Below the pieces are notes generated by a model. That model was given only the letters and a program-made list of their open reading frames with translations, ran no database searches and was not told the origin of the DNA. The position numbers and the translations under genes are program-made. DNA of 64,000 nt from Heptranchias perlo (taxonomy: Eukaryota): NCBI RefSeq assembly GCF_035084215.1, contig NC_090347.1, forward strand, positions 22,382,001-22,446,000. Reading direction: 5' to 3'. Below are positions 1-11,900 of this stretch, piece after piece (position 1 is the stretch's first letter; the number at the start of each line of letters is the position of its first letter).

Positions 1-876
1 ATAATATTCTGCAGATCTGAGTAAAGTGGACTGGAAGCAGGAGGCCATTAAAGGGTATCCTTGTAAGAAGTTACTGGGTGGCAACTGTTGCTTCTGTGAC
101 ATACATAGGTCAGAGTTGAAAACTAGCCTGTATGGAGAAGCAAAAGTGGTTGTCAACCAGTTAGCATCCCAACCTGGAATCCACAGACACTATTGGTACC
201 TCTTAACTGTTTCATATTTAACTCCACTAGACAATACAAATAATGCCTGATCTTATTTTATGTATTCTTTGAAAATGGCAGCATATTGTTGACTTTTCAG
301 TTACAGTTTTACCTGTTTTTCCCGTCAAATAGGTACCAGGCACAATGAAGAGTTTCTTTTCTCTTTGAGTCACGACGACAGTTTTTTTGGCAGTGGATAA
401 GAATTATACAGTCTTATGTTTGCCAGGCAAGTACTGGAATCCAATATATTTAAATGACAAGTGGGGAGCATGGAAAGATACAACCTGGGGAGGGAGGGAG
501 GTGGGGAGAGAGAGAGAGAGAGAGAAAGTGATGTTAGAATATCAGGGCCAGAGAAAGAAATGTCAGAGAGACAATCAAAGAGCTTTAGAAGGTGCCAGGA
601 GCAAAGATTGACATGCCAGGAAAAGAAAGCAAGATCACGGCAGAGAGAGACACACACAATATAGGAGATTGAAAGCTACTGGGATCAGAAAAATGGAAAA
701 AATTCTTCTGAGGAGAATATGTTCTCAGTTACAATTCAAAAGCTATGTTGTGAGGATATACTCAGAGTAGGACTGTCATCTTGAAAAAAGCCTATAATTT
801 TGCTACAGTTTATTAGAGCTGCTCCAGGATGTTTGTGTGTTGGAAACAGCAGAAAAAAAGAAAAAAAAGGACAGAC

Positions 877-957
877 GCATTTATATAGTACATTTCACGA
901 CTTCAGGATGTCTAAAAACGTTCTACAGCCAATGAAGTACCCTTGAAGTGTAGTCAT
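877..957 (-). mobile_element. 3' tail fragment of a Deu-domain (SacSINE1-like) SINE
   Basis: gcatttatatagtacatttcacgacttcaggatgtc...gaagtgtagtca matches the tails of the SINE copies at 37351 and 61501 and the L2 3' end at 39593. Confidence 0.7.
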
Positions 958-963
958 TCCAAC

Positions 964-1209
964 TAGTACTCTCGCCTCGGTCAGCAGGTTGTGGGTTCAA
1001 ACTCCACTCTAGAGACTTGAGCACAAAATCTAGGCTGACACTTCAGTGCAATACTGTGGGAGTGTTGCTCTGTCGGAGGTGCCGTTTTCTACATAAGACG
1101 TTAAACTGAGGTCCCATCTTTCGTCTCAGGTGGACGTAAAAGATCCCATGGCATTATTTCAAAGAAGAGCTAAAACAGATTATCTGGTTATTATTTCATT
1201 GCTGTGTGT
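964..1209 (+). mobile_element. tRNA-derived Deu-domain SINE (SacSINE1-like), partial
   Basis: B-box-like gtgggttcaaactcc, then gagcacaaaatctaggctgacac and a Deu-like core aagacgttaaactgaggtccc...aaagatcccatggca. Homologous to the minus-strand copies at 37351 and 61501. Confidence 0.8.
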
Positions 1210-2549
1210 AAGCCTAAGGCTGTGCTGCTTTCACAGTCCCAGGTCCCCTGCTGCCTCTGAGCCCCAGCCTTAGGCCCCACTGCTCCACCATTCTTTCCCA
1301 AATCCAGGCTTCCTTCTGCCTCCCCTTCCTTCCAGCCCAACAAATTACCTGCTCTTTTCCAGCCTCAACCTGTTTGTCTTTCTACTTTACCCAAGTCCAA
1401 GGTCTCTCTATTCCCTCCTAGATAAGATCCTGGTCCCCTCCCTCCCTCAATCTAAAGCCCTCCAGTTTCTCTTTCACTCCTTCAAGTGCTGCAGTGTCTC
1501 CTGGATTGCAAGAACCAGTCGGGGCCATATCTCCAGCTACAGTAAGGCCATCCGGCCTGCAGTGAGCTACCCCAGCCCACTGCTCTCTCTCAGACCCCAA
1601 CCCCTCAGTTGCTCCTAGCTTAACACTCCAATGCTTCCTTCCAGCCCATGCCTTAGCCTCTTCCCCCAATTTCTCTCTCACCCACACAGGTTTCAGCAGT
1701 TCTCAGACAACCTTTCTACTCCTGGCACCTTCCCTCTCCTCACCTAACCTTTGTACACACCTCCAGCATATTAATTCTCATTCTTTTGCATACCCTGAGT
1801 TTTAATAAAAGGAAAAAGACCCAAAATGAGTAAGCCAGTAAACCAACATCTCTGAGAGGCATACAAAGTGAGAGAGAGAAGCAGATAAAAAGGAAGAGTG
1901 ATTAAAAGAGATGGAAACAAACAGAATAAGAGAGAGAAAGAGAGAGTTGCTGAGACTGGTTCCAGCAGTGTAAATAAGACTGGAGCATGGCAGTATAATG
2001 CTTTGCCAGGCTGAAAGGCCAGATTGGCCCCAATTAATTATTCATGTGGCGCTCCTGGCCTATATTGGGTCTGATACTGCTATGTTCATCAAAGAGTAGT
2101 GGCAGAAAATTGTGCACATCAGCAGCCCTTAAAGGACTGCAGCTAAAGATTAAAGGGATATAGACACAAAGTAAAATGGTTTTATATCGGAGGGGGGAGG
2201 GAATTGTTACAAAGGTTATAAATATTTTAAATTGATATTTTAGTCTTTCCAAAGAACAAGAATGTGGATGGCAAAATAAAAAATGACACACCTTAACTGC
2301 CAAGATAAAACTACCCAACAGTACTATGTATCAAGTAGATGGTCCAAGTATGCATGTCACAAAATATTGTCTATCAACTGACTCCTGACCCCCATGCTAA
2401 AGCTTCACACAACCATATAGTCTTTCATTGCTCATTATGCATGCCCGCACTCCAGCTGGGCACGCATATAAGCCGCAACTTACAGTTGACACCCTCGCAA
2501 CTTCAAAGAGCTTTGCACATAAATCCATTGTAACACAGCCTACCTATAT

Positions 2550-3000
2550 GACCCATGGTCACTTATTAACATAGAGGGTGGGCTGTATGATATCCATATG
2601 TCTGCCATCAATGACGTCTCTACTTTAGGAAATGGGGTGAGATGGGCAGCACTATTGTGCTGCTGTTCCTAGTCAATGGGAAAGGAAATGAAAATGCTGG
2701 CCATGCTGGTCAATGCATCAGTAATTTGTTTGATACATGTATGCGCAGGACATTTGCTGATGCTACACGTGATCCCTAGAAGGGGGCAAAGGCAAAAAAG
2801 TTGAGTGATGAGGTGACCTTAACTGTCACTGGCATCCTTGTGGTGCAGTTGGCTTTAGACCCCTTACAGCAGAAGGTATAAGTGTGCCACTAGCTCCCTG
2901 CTAACCTGCAAAGCTAATTCACCACAGTCATTGCCAGGTAACTGCATCAAAGCCTGAAAATATGGTTTGGTGACATATCGATGGGTGTAGACAGTCTGGC
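2550..3000 (-). mobile_element. Decayed PIF/Harbinger transposase (HARBI1-like)
   Basis: Minus-strand translation with stops and frameshifts gives QVSRELVAHLYLLL...MPVTVKVTSSLNFFA...ISKCPAHTCIKQITDAL...FPKV..VIDGRH..I.P..YVNK, which follows the Harbinger DDE motif order. Confidence 0.8.
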
Positions 3001-4929
3001 CTTTCATCTCCCTGGATTTCCTTCTTTCATCTTGCACCACTTCAAACATGATGTACCGTATTTGTGCTGCTTCAAAACCAATCCCCCACTCTTGCTGACC
3101 CCATGGAACTCTTCAAGTTCATTTCCTGAGCTTCATGAAAGTTTGTATTGTGACAGTTCCTTTTTTCTCTGCTTCAATTACAGTTGCCTTGCTGGAGAAT
3201 TAGCAGGCAATATTTGGCTAACTTAGGTTGCACATAAACATTATGTACTACCTACATAACCTCACTTCATTAGTTGCAAAGCCCTTTGGGAAATTCTGAG
3301 GACATGATCAACTGCAGGTTTAATATAAATGCAAGATTTGTTTTCCTTTTGTAGTGTTATGAGAAAGAAAAAAAGTCTCCAAATTTACTTTTAGAAAATA
3401 GATGAAAATATTTTCCATAAAAATGCCAAAATTAATTATAGAAGCCAGTGCTAAAAGCATGTTGCAAAATTGAAAAATACAAAATGCTACAAAGCCTCAC
3501 ATCCTTTATGAGCTCCTTTAGGCCTACTCGAGATGAGCAAATGGAATGTCCAGTGCAGTCCTAGCATTAATGAATGCATTAAAATATTTAAATGAATCTG
3601 TGACCTCTTTCGATAAGGCCTAAAAAAACCTGTCAGAAAATTGTATACAGTACTGAAGTGGTACAGATCTGGCTATATGGATCTCAGCCAGATTTTCCAG
3701 TTCCCATGAGCCTTTCCGCTCCTGCGCCACCAGCTTTAGCAATTCTACAATTGAAAATAAATACAAATTGGGAGAAATCCAGCCAGAGACAACTAAAGTG
3801 GACAATTACCAAGAGACACATGGGCCGATGATGTCATTTTCAGTGTCTATAGCACTGTCAAGTATTAGCTTCCCTTTTTTTGTACTGTGAGGCACTGAAG
3901 CCCAAAGCCTGCTTTGCCTCCCATATGCATAGCCCATAATAATATGCACTGAAAAACACCTGTGGCGCTCAAAACCTGTCCACATGTTGTGCGCTAGGTT
4001 CATTAACACGGTGAAAAACATATAAATGAGAACTGGGCTCCTAAATGCATTTGGGACACCTAAATGTGGCCCAGACACTCAAAGCCCATATCAAACTGGC
4101 ACAGCATGAACAGCCTCTTACCTCAAGCTGGGTCTTTGATAGTAAAGGTGCATTGATATTTTGCTACTATCTGTGTAGCTATTTGGTATTCATTGCTTCT
4201 GCACTATATTGCTGTTGTGAGATTAAGTGAAACTTTCTGGAGCTTTACTAAGAGCTTCTTAAAGCTGCATCACATCTATTCCCTGTGCTTGTTTTGCCAG
4301 GGAACGGTCATTGTATCCTGTGTTGAGAGAAGCTATAATTATTTCTTTGGGCATGCCATTCTATTTGCAGGCTGAGGAGGGGGATCACAGGAAGCTGGTT
4401 AGATAGGTGCATTCACATCCCAGGACATCAATGAGGATCTGTTCTTTTGCCACCGGTTATGTTTACAGGCCCAGACATTTGTACCTGGACATGTTGAAAG
4501 AAAGCTGAATGCAGTGACTTTGATTACCCAAAGAAGCAGTCACTGAATTTTTCATATTACTGCAGTCAAACCTGGAAGCCACTTCTGTCATTCGCAGTCA
4601 AGGCAACCACAGCCTCAAATGTTAGGTTACAAGGTCATTCCAAGCAATAGCAAGAGAATTAGGGACCTTACCATGGAACAGGCTACAGACAATACACACC
4701 ATCTACTAATCACAGATGACCTGCTTAATAACCAGAAGACCTCTCTGCATAAACAACCAGAGCAATAATGCGATATCAAGAAGACATTTTCAATTAACTA
4801 CATGATACAACCAAAGCACAACAATCATTTCCACATGCACCCAAAATCTTGGCCAAATAAAGCATCATCTCCATTGATCTCAGTTTTACATTAGAACCTC
4901 TGAATTCAACTGCATTTCTTATCATTTGC

Positions 4930-5400
4930 TTCATTGCAAAAAAAGGTCAGGACATAGTACAGTATCAGAGTTCCACATTTCTATAGGTCCTAAAAGTGTG
5001 CAAAGTGCAGGTCTCTTCAGTATTGTGTCCCCCGTGCTCTCCTTTGTCACACTGTATGGTAGGTGTTGCCACCCTCCTCCACTGCAACTGCAGGACAGCT
5101 TTACAGCATTTTAATGCAAAGTAAAAACAATTCGGCCCATTTCTGAAATAGCTATCCACTTAGTCCCAATTAAGAGAAAGCAGCAGCCCTTTAAAGAGTG
5201 CTGCTCCTGAAATCCCACTTAGACTCTTCTGCGCTCCCAGCACGTTGTGCAATGTGTGCTTGGAATGCAGTGCTAACATCGTCAGGGAGCGCACCTCACA
5301 TCATGGTGTGAGGTCATCTGAATTCACTGCTGTCACACGGAGCCCAAGAAGCAGCAATCCTGCCATCGCTGCACCAGGACCGCATCATCAGCCCCACAAT
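4930..5400 (-). mobile_element. Possible Harbinger 5' region / Myb-like ORF remnant
   Basis: The reverse complement agcagcactctttaaagggctg resembles the motif upstream of the Myb ATG near 51150 (agcagctcttaaagggg). The downstream translation is only weakly Myb-like. Confidence 0.3.
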
Positions 5401-8261
5401 CTTTTTTTAATTCTTGCTTATGCCACAGGAGATGAACTAATATTTAGTTATAAAAATAATTGCTTGGAAAAAACAAAATAACCAACACGCCTTAAGAGTT
5501 AAGTATTCACCATTCATAGCCTTTACCTCCAGACTAAAGGTTTCCCTTTAAAATGTGAATCAAAATGATTGTCTGCAGCAAGATTTGCTTTACATTGATA
5601 TACATGTTTCTAATTACTTTAGCTCCTTCACTGGACAGTTGTAATGATTCCACAGAAGATCTCAGCGAAGCATAAAGTTATAGTTTTTTTTAGCTGTTTT
5701 TGAATGTTAATTTTGTTCATCATCATGGCAGAGAATTATTTCGCAATTTCCTTAAGTATTCTATTATTGGATTGCATCTGTTTTATGGGTATATATATTT
5801 CACAGAAGACTCGGTAAATGAGAAGTTGAACTGGAACAACGAAACAGAATTAAAAGGTTATTTAATTTAAGTATTTTATTTAACCTTAAAGATAGTTTTG
5901 TGTCAGCAAGGGGATGGAGTACAGAACACAAAACAATCAGCCTTTATCATACAACGGCTTATTTTGGTGCCAGGCATCAAATATGTGAGGATAGAAATGA
6001 CTGTTGCCAATGTTATTGTATGGATGCTGCTGAACAAATTGTCCTTTCCATTATGTTAACAGGGATGTTAGCCATTTTATTTGAAATATATTAACATCCC
6101 CATTAAAATAGCAAAGAGAGGAATTTGCTTTGAGTGCATTAAACATTCATACAATAACATTGATGGCAGTAATTGCTACTGTATAAAGATTTCTTCATTT
6201 CTGAAACAATTATTCAGTCCCCTTTGATTGCCAGTTTGAAATAACTAGTTGAAAATGTTTAAATACCAGATATGCTGTAGTAACCTTGAAAAAAATATAT
6301 AAGTCTCGACAAAATTCTCTTTCTGTAGTAATAGGGTTAGAACTCCAAGAAGCCTATTTAATTTATGCTACCGTAATAGTGCTGCGTTTGCAAATAGAAT
6401 AACATTTAACTGTCTCAGAACAGGACCGGTCCTTTCAGAAAGAGAGAATTCACATCCACATCCACTGTTTCATGTTCCAAGCTCGACAGATGAGAGAGAA
6501 AAAAAAATGCGGAGCCAATCAATTCTCTGTGGTGAACTCCATTTCATGGGTTAGTGAGAGATGGGCAGGTTGTACGAGGCAGAGGGGCTCAGCGGGAGAG
6601 GGTTATTAAACGCTCTTCTGTTTGGAGTCTATTTAGAATCAGTGTTTGCTGTTACAGTTGAAAAGTGGTGAGGTTTTTCAGAGAAAAAAAAATGGTGCTT
6701 GACACAAGTGCCCTCAATCTAAACCAGGCTGTGAAGGCGAGCCTCAAAGATGAAGGCAGGATGAGCTGGAGTTAAGTGCCCCAGGCTTTTGCCTAGCTAC
6801 TGATGGGTAAATCTGCTGCAAGCACCGCCTCAGTGGTTTTAACTCAAATCACAGTGGTGGAAAGAGCTCATTGTATTACAGTTACTGGGCGAAAGGATAA
6901 GCATTCACTTTTGCCTCCAATACACTCTCTACATCAAGCAGAGTAAGTGAGATAGGAACGGCAACCTTTAAAATTCCTGCTCTAGTACAAGCCTGCATAC
7001 GGTCTAAATGCAAACCGGAAGTGGTTATCTGGGTGGAGGGTAATTGAAGCTGTTTGTGCACTCCGCTCAACTGTCCATCTGGGAATCCAGCATTAAAGCC
7101 TTTTAACCTTAATAAGCTCAGTGGCACTGACTGGAAAACTACAGCGTGGGGGCAGTTTTCCATCACTGTTTAATAGCAACATTACTGGAGACAGATGCTA
7201 AAACTGGTGGATAACCAGTCATCTGCAACCCCCAGTAGTTCTACCTGCACTGTTCCCTGGTTTCCACCCAAAATAAGGGAGTGGAATACAATTTTTTTTA
7301 AAAAACTGCTGTTGCATGTTAAGGCCTCGTTAATGAACTTTCAGAGAAAGTTGTAACAATTTTCCACAGGGATAGGGGTAGGGGTAGGGAAATTAAAACG
7401 ACATGTTAGGAATTAGCTCACCCGCTGAGCTGAAGTGAATTCAAACGCTGGAACAGCTAATCTCTTTGACAGAGTATGTGTTCACATGGATTTGTTGCAC
7501 GTTGTTATACTAACTGGTTCTGTATTGACATTGATGCGAGAGACATGGCCAAGTGATGGCTACACCAAATGGGGCCGGAAAATTTTGGTAGTTGGATGAG
7601 GTTGCTCACTCAATTGAAAATTTATAACGAGACAGTGAGGGTTACAATGCCTGGGCAAGATTTCTGGAGAAACATTCTCTCTTTGCCATCCCCCAATACG
7701 CAGTGTTTCAGGGGGTTGACAGAATGTTCAACCCAGTGCTTCCTTTCTTCTCCACATTGGCGTTGAACGCTCTCGACGGTCAGAACCATCCTCATGGTCA
7801 GTGTTGTAGATCAGAAAGCGCACGATCACTGAATCAGTCCTGTTGTCTTTTCCTCAAGTTCTTTCGCCTGCTTCCTACGTCTCCTTTTTGTCGCATTTCT
7901 TCTCTGAAGGATAATTGCTGCCACAATGGGAACGATATTGCCATCCATTTGGGTGTCACACATCCACACTGTGTCATTGTTCAAAAGAGGTAGTGCAGTC
8001 AGAACTAACTGGATCCTTTTGCCCAGTAATGATCTGAAGTGCTGTTTTGGGCCACTGAGTAAGTTGAAACCACCATTTTAAACCCAGTTGGGTAAATAGG
8101 AATCAATGTCAGTGCTGCCCAAACGAGCATTCAATGCCAGCATTACACTTTCTGCATGGCGGTAAGTAGAGATTCACCCAGAATGTGTCGTACAAACAAA
8201 CAAAGCAGTTGGGCACAATATTTAGAAAGAATCCCATTTGCCGTTCGGATCCAGTTATGTA

Positions 8262-8916
8262 TTTTTTTTATTCATTCATGGGATGTGGGCGCCGTTGGCA
8301 AGGCCTGCATTTATTTCCCATCCCTAATTGCCCTTGAGAAGGTGGTGGTGAGCCGCCTTCTTGCACCGCTGCAGTCCGTGTGGTGAAGGTTCTCCCACAG
8401 TGCTGTTAGGTAGACAGTTCCAGGATTTTGACTCAGTGACGATGAAGAAACGGCGATATATTTCCAAGTCGGGATGGTGTGTGACTTGGAGGAGAACGTG
8501 CAGGTGGTGTTGTTCCCATGTGCCTGCTGCCCTTGTCCTTCTAGGTGGTAGAGATCGCAGGTTTGGGAGGTGCTGTCGAAGAAGCCTTGGCGAGTTGCTG
8601 CAGTGCATCCTGTCGATGGTACGCACTGCAGCCACGGTGCGCCGGTGATGAAGGAAGTGAATGTTTAAGGTGGTGGATGGGGTGCCAATCAAGCGGGCTG
8701 CTTTGTCCTGGATGGTGTTGAGCTTCATGAGTGTTATTGGAACTGCAATCCTCCAGGCAAGTGGACAGTATTCCCTCACACTCCTGACTTGTGCGTTGTA
8801 GGTGGTAGAAAGACGTTGGGGAGTCTAACTGGATCCTTTTGCCCAGTTGGGGAGTCAGGAGGTCACTCGCCGCAGAATACACAGCCTCTGACCTGCTCTT
8901 GTAGCCACAGTATTTA
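8262..8916 (-). mobile_element. 5'-truncated CR1-group LINE (family A), young copy
   Basis: Poly-T at 8262 and ORF2 C-terminus (KLNTIQDKAARLIGTPSTTLNIH..HHRRTVAAV...HHHLLKGN). Highly similar to the copies at 17367, 23780 and 44130. Confidence 0.92.
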
Positions 8917-11900
8917 AATGCCTTCCAAAAACCTAGTAATTTAGATTTGAATTTGTGTACAGGGGAGTAATGCTTTAGCCCCAGTCTGACTCCTCTTGCT
9001 GCTGCCCTAGTTCTTCGCAATATGATTAGAATTATATTGTCCTTCTTGCATCGTTACTAGATCTCTCTGATCTCTCCGTTAATTATTGTTACAAGCCTGT
9101 ATCGTTACATGTATGTTCCATTAAATATTCCTCAACAAACAAAATGATAAAGGACAAAACACATTTTACGGAAGAAAAATCCACATTTCAGTATTAACCA
9201 ACTGTACTTGTGTACAGAATAAAAAATAAACAAAAGTGCATGTACAGATGCTGGTTAATGCTCATGTAGTACACAGCAAATATTTTTTGCATTGATTCAT
9301 TTTATTTTGGCATTGGGATACATGTTTAGTATTATATCCCCCCAGGTCAATTGAATTTGCTGTGAGGCTTTTTTTTACCAGTTGTATGCATGTTTTAAAT
9401 GGACTGTTGTTATTAATGCAAATGACCCATATGGACATATAAACAGACTGTTTCAAGAATACGATACACTTAGGACATAGTCACACTATAACTGCAGCAT
9501 TGGTGTGAAGTGGTTTCACGCCGCAACAAGGCCACATTGTAAATGGAATCAGAATCTGGAGTGAAGCAGAGAGAGCCTCCCTGGAGGAGACAGTCTCATT
9601 CTGCTTCATCTCAGAATAAGTGCAGGCCTTGACACCCGGTTTACATTGCACAGGTTTAACGCAGACGTGAACCGTAAACCACTTCACACCGATGTGTAAC
9701 TGTACCAAAGAAGTCAAAATAGCAGAAGGGGGTTTCAGCAGCTTATCAAGCTGTAAGCTCTGGAGGGAGCAGCAAGGTTTGTTTCAGTGAGAGAAACCTG
9801 GAGTTCCTGGTGGTTTAGTTGATGCTGGATAAAACATCCCTAGATCAGTGCAAACTCAAAGACTTTGCCCAGCACATACATGCCCTTTGGAGGTGAAGTG
9901 GGAAGGCCAAGAGTTGAGGGCACCTTGGAGTGGCTTTAATTACAGTGGAAGGAGATCCTGACCAGGATTAAATGCAGGTTGTCTCAGACTGGTGGGGAGC
10001 TGGCATTTTTCATGTAATGAAGAAGTTGCAGACTCTTTACCCATCCCAGAGTAAGGTCACGAATGTAGGGGCCCTTTTTGAGTACAAGATACTCTTTTAT
10101 TCCTGTGGTGATTTTTTTTTCAAATTTAAATCCCCTTATTGGGGCAAATCTGATTTTTTTTTTATTGCAGTGTGTGTGCTGATGGTTTGAATTTGTGCTC
10201 TAAAAAAGTTACACTAAAATGTGTGTAAATGTGTACTGTTCACCCGCGTTTATTATAATACACACGAACATACGAAAGAAACCAGCTGGTCCAGCAAGTT
10301 TGTCCCATTCAGCCATATTGGAACTAAGTAACATGCACTCCAGGGACCCCTACTATGGGCAGGGTCTGAAAATGAAGCCCAAATGCTGCGAGGAAAATTG
10401 GGTACAGACATTACATAAAATGGCATCTGAATACTCCCTTGATCATTCACCTCCGCCACCTGTCTATTACCCCTGTACTGTGGAAGGTCACTTGTAATAC
10501 CACAAAGTATTGTCATGCTGTATAAGATAGAACAGACAACAACATGCTCACACAGCTTCTTGAGGACGTATTGTGATCTAGATGGGTATGCGAGTACAGC
10601 TGACAGGCTCCACGACTTTGGAGTACGCAGTAATCGCAAAGAATATCTGGCTCTCAGCTGCTGCAGAATATTAGGCACCTGATGTGGTAATGTATTCTCC
10701 TGAGTTAAGCAGTAATGACTTGAGAAATGACTTTGGGTGACAGGTGACAGGCTATTGCTCTGGCAGACAGTTGAATTTACGAGTGAGTTGAACTTCTCTT
10801 TTTTTTAACAATGCAAAAATGCAATATAATATTAGTACCATTTTGTTGAGGACTTGATAAATAAAACAGGGGACTTTCTATGACTTCTGCATCCAGTCCT
10901 TTTGTTCTTAAAAGCTAAGAACTAGTTACAATTTGATAGTAAATAAAAACTTTAAAGGAACATACAGCGAGTTGATGCTGTACCCAGCACTTTGATTTTC
11001 TGGAATGTTCTGACACAGCCAGTGCTGTTTTATCCCCAGTGTCCTGATAGCCTTAATATATTTTTCCAGCAAGTAGCCTGTTTGGTGCAAATAGATTTTT
11101 AAAAATAAATTGCACAATGCAAAATGTCAGATTATGTTTAGATTGTTAGTGGCTCTTTGAATCAAGTCTATTTGTTTCAAAACATTGTTGAGTCTACCTA
11201 TAATGCATCAGGTATTGAGTCATGGTGAAGGATAATGATTTAGGGAGACTAGAAAAAAATATGGTCCATGTTTGACATTTCCATGGTTAGACAGCATGGG
11301 AGATGTTAAATCCTCCTTTAAATGGTGAGCACAAATATTGCACCTCAAAAATGTTGGAACTATTGGGATTAGTTATTGTAATGAGGCCCACCATCAGTAA
11401 GTGCTTCGATGACCATGTGTTAGTGCAGAAAGACTAACTGTTTAGTGGAAAACGTAGCGATAAGTGTAAGAGGACAAATTGGACCCTGGGGATTTTTATA
11501 ATGTCAGGACTCATATGTCCTGATTTTTTTTAAAAAAAGAAACTAAAGGCAGGAGCAGTTGATTCTTTAGCTCCTTAAAAAACGAAAAGATAAATCTCTA
11601 CTGCAGCCAAGTTGCCATTCACTGATACTGACATAGCAGTGAACTGTGTCAGGGAATCTCGCGAGCTGTGCAGGCACCCTTAGTCAGGTAATCCTGACTT
11701 CACTCAGTGAACCTTGCTGGACAATCAAGGAGACTATTGACTCCAGGCAGCCTTAATCAGGAAACCCTGACTGCAGCTAATTATATTGCTGCAGGTCTGC
11801 ATAATCAAATTGGCGATATCTGCAGGTACAGATGAAGTGTTCTATCTATATAAGGATTCACAGCTGAATGTTGTTGATGAATAGCATTCTTTACCATGAT

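Noticed and set aside
964-1020. tRNA gene
   Set aside because: Only a B-box-like motif, no cloverleaf; it is the head of a SINE.
10253-10678. 141-aa minus-strand ORF, the longest outside obvious repeats
   Set aside because: It starts at GTG, has no recognisable domain or partner exons, and is compatible with chance; expression or homology data would be needed.
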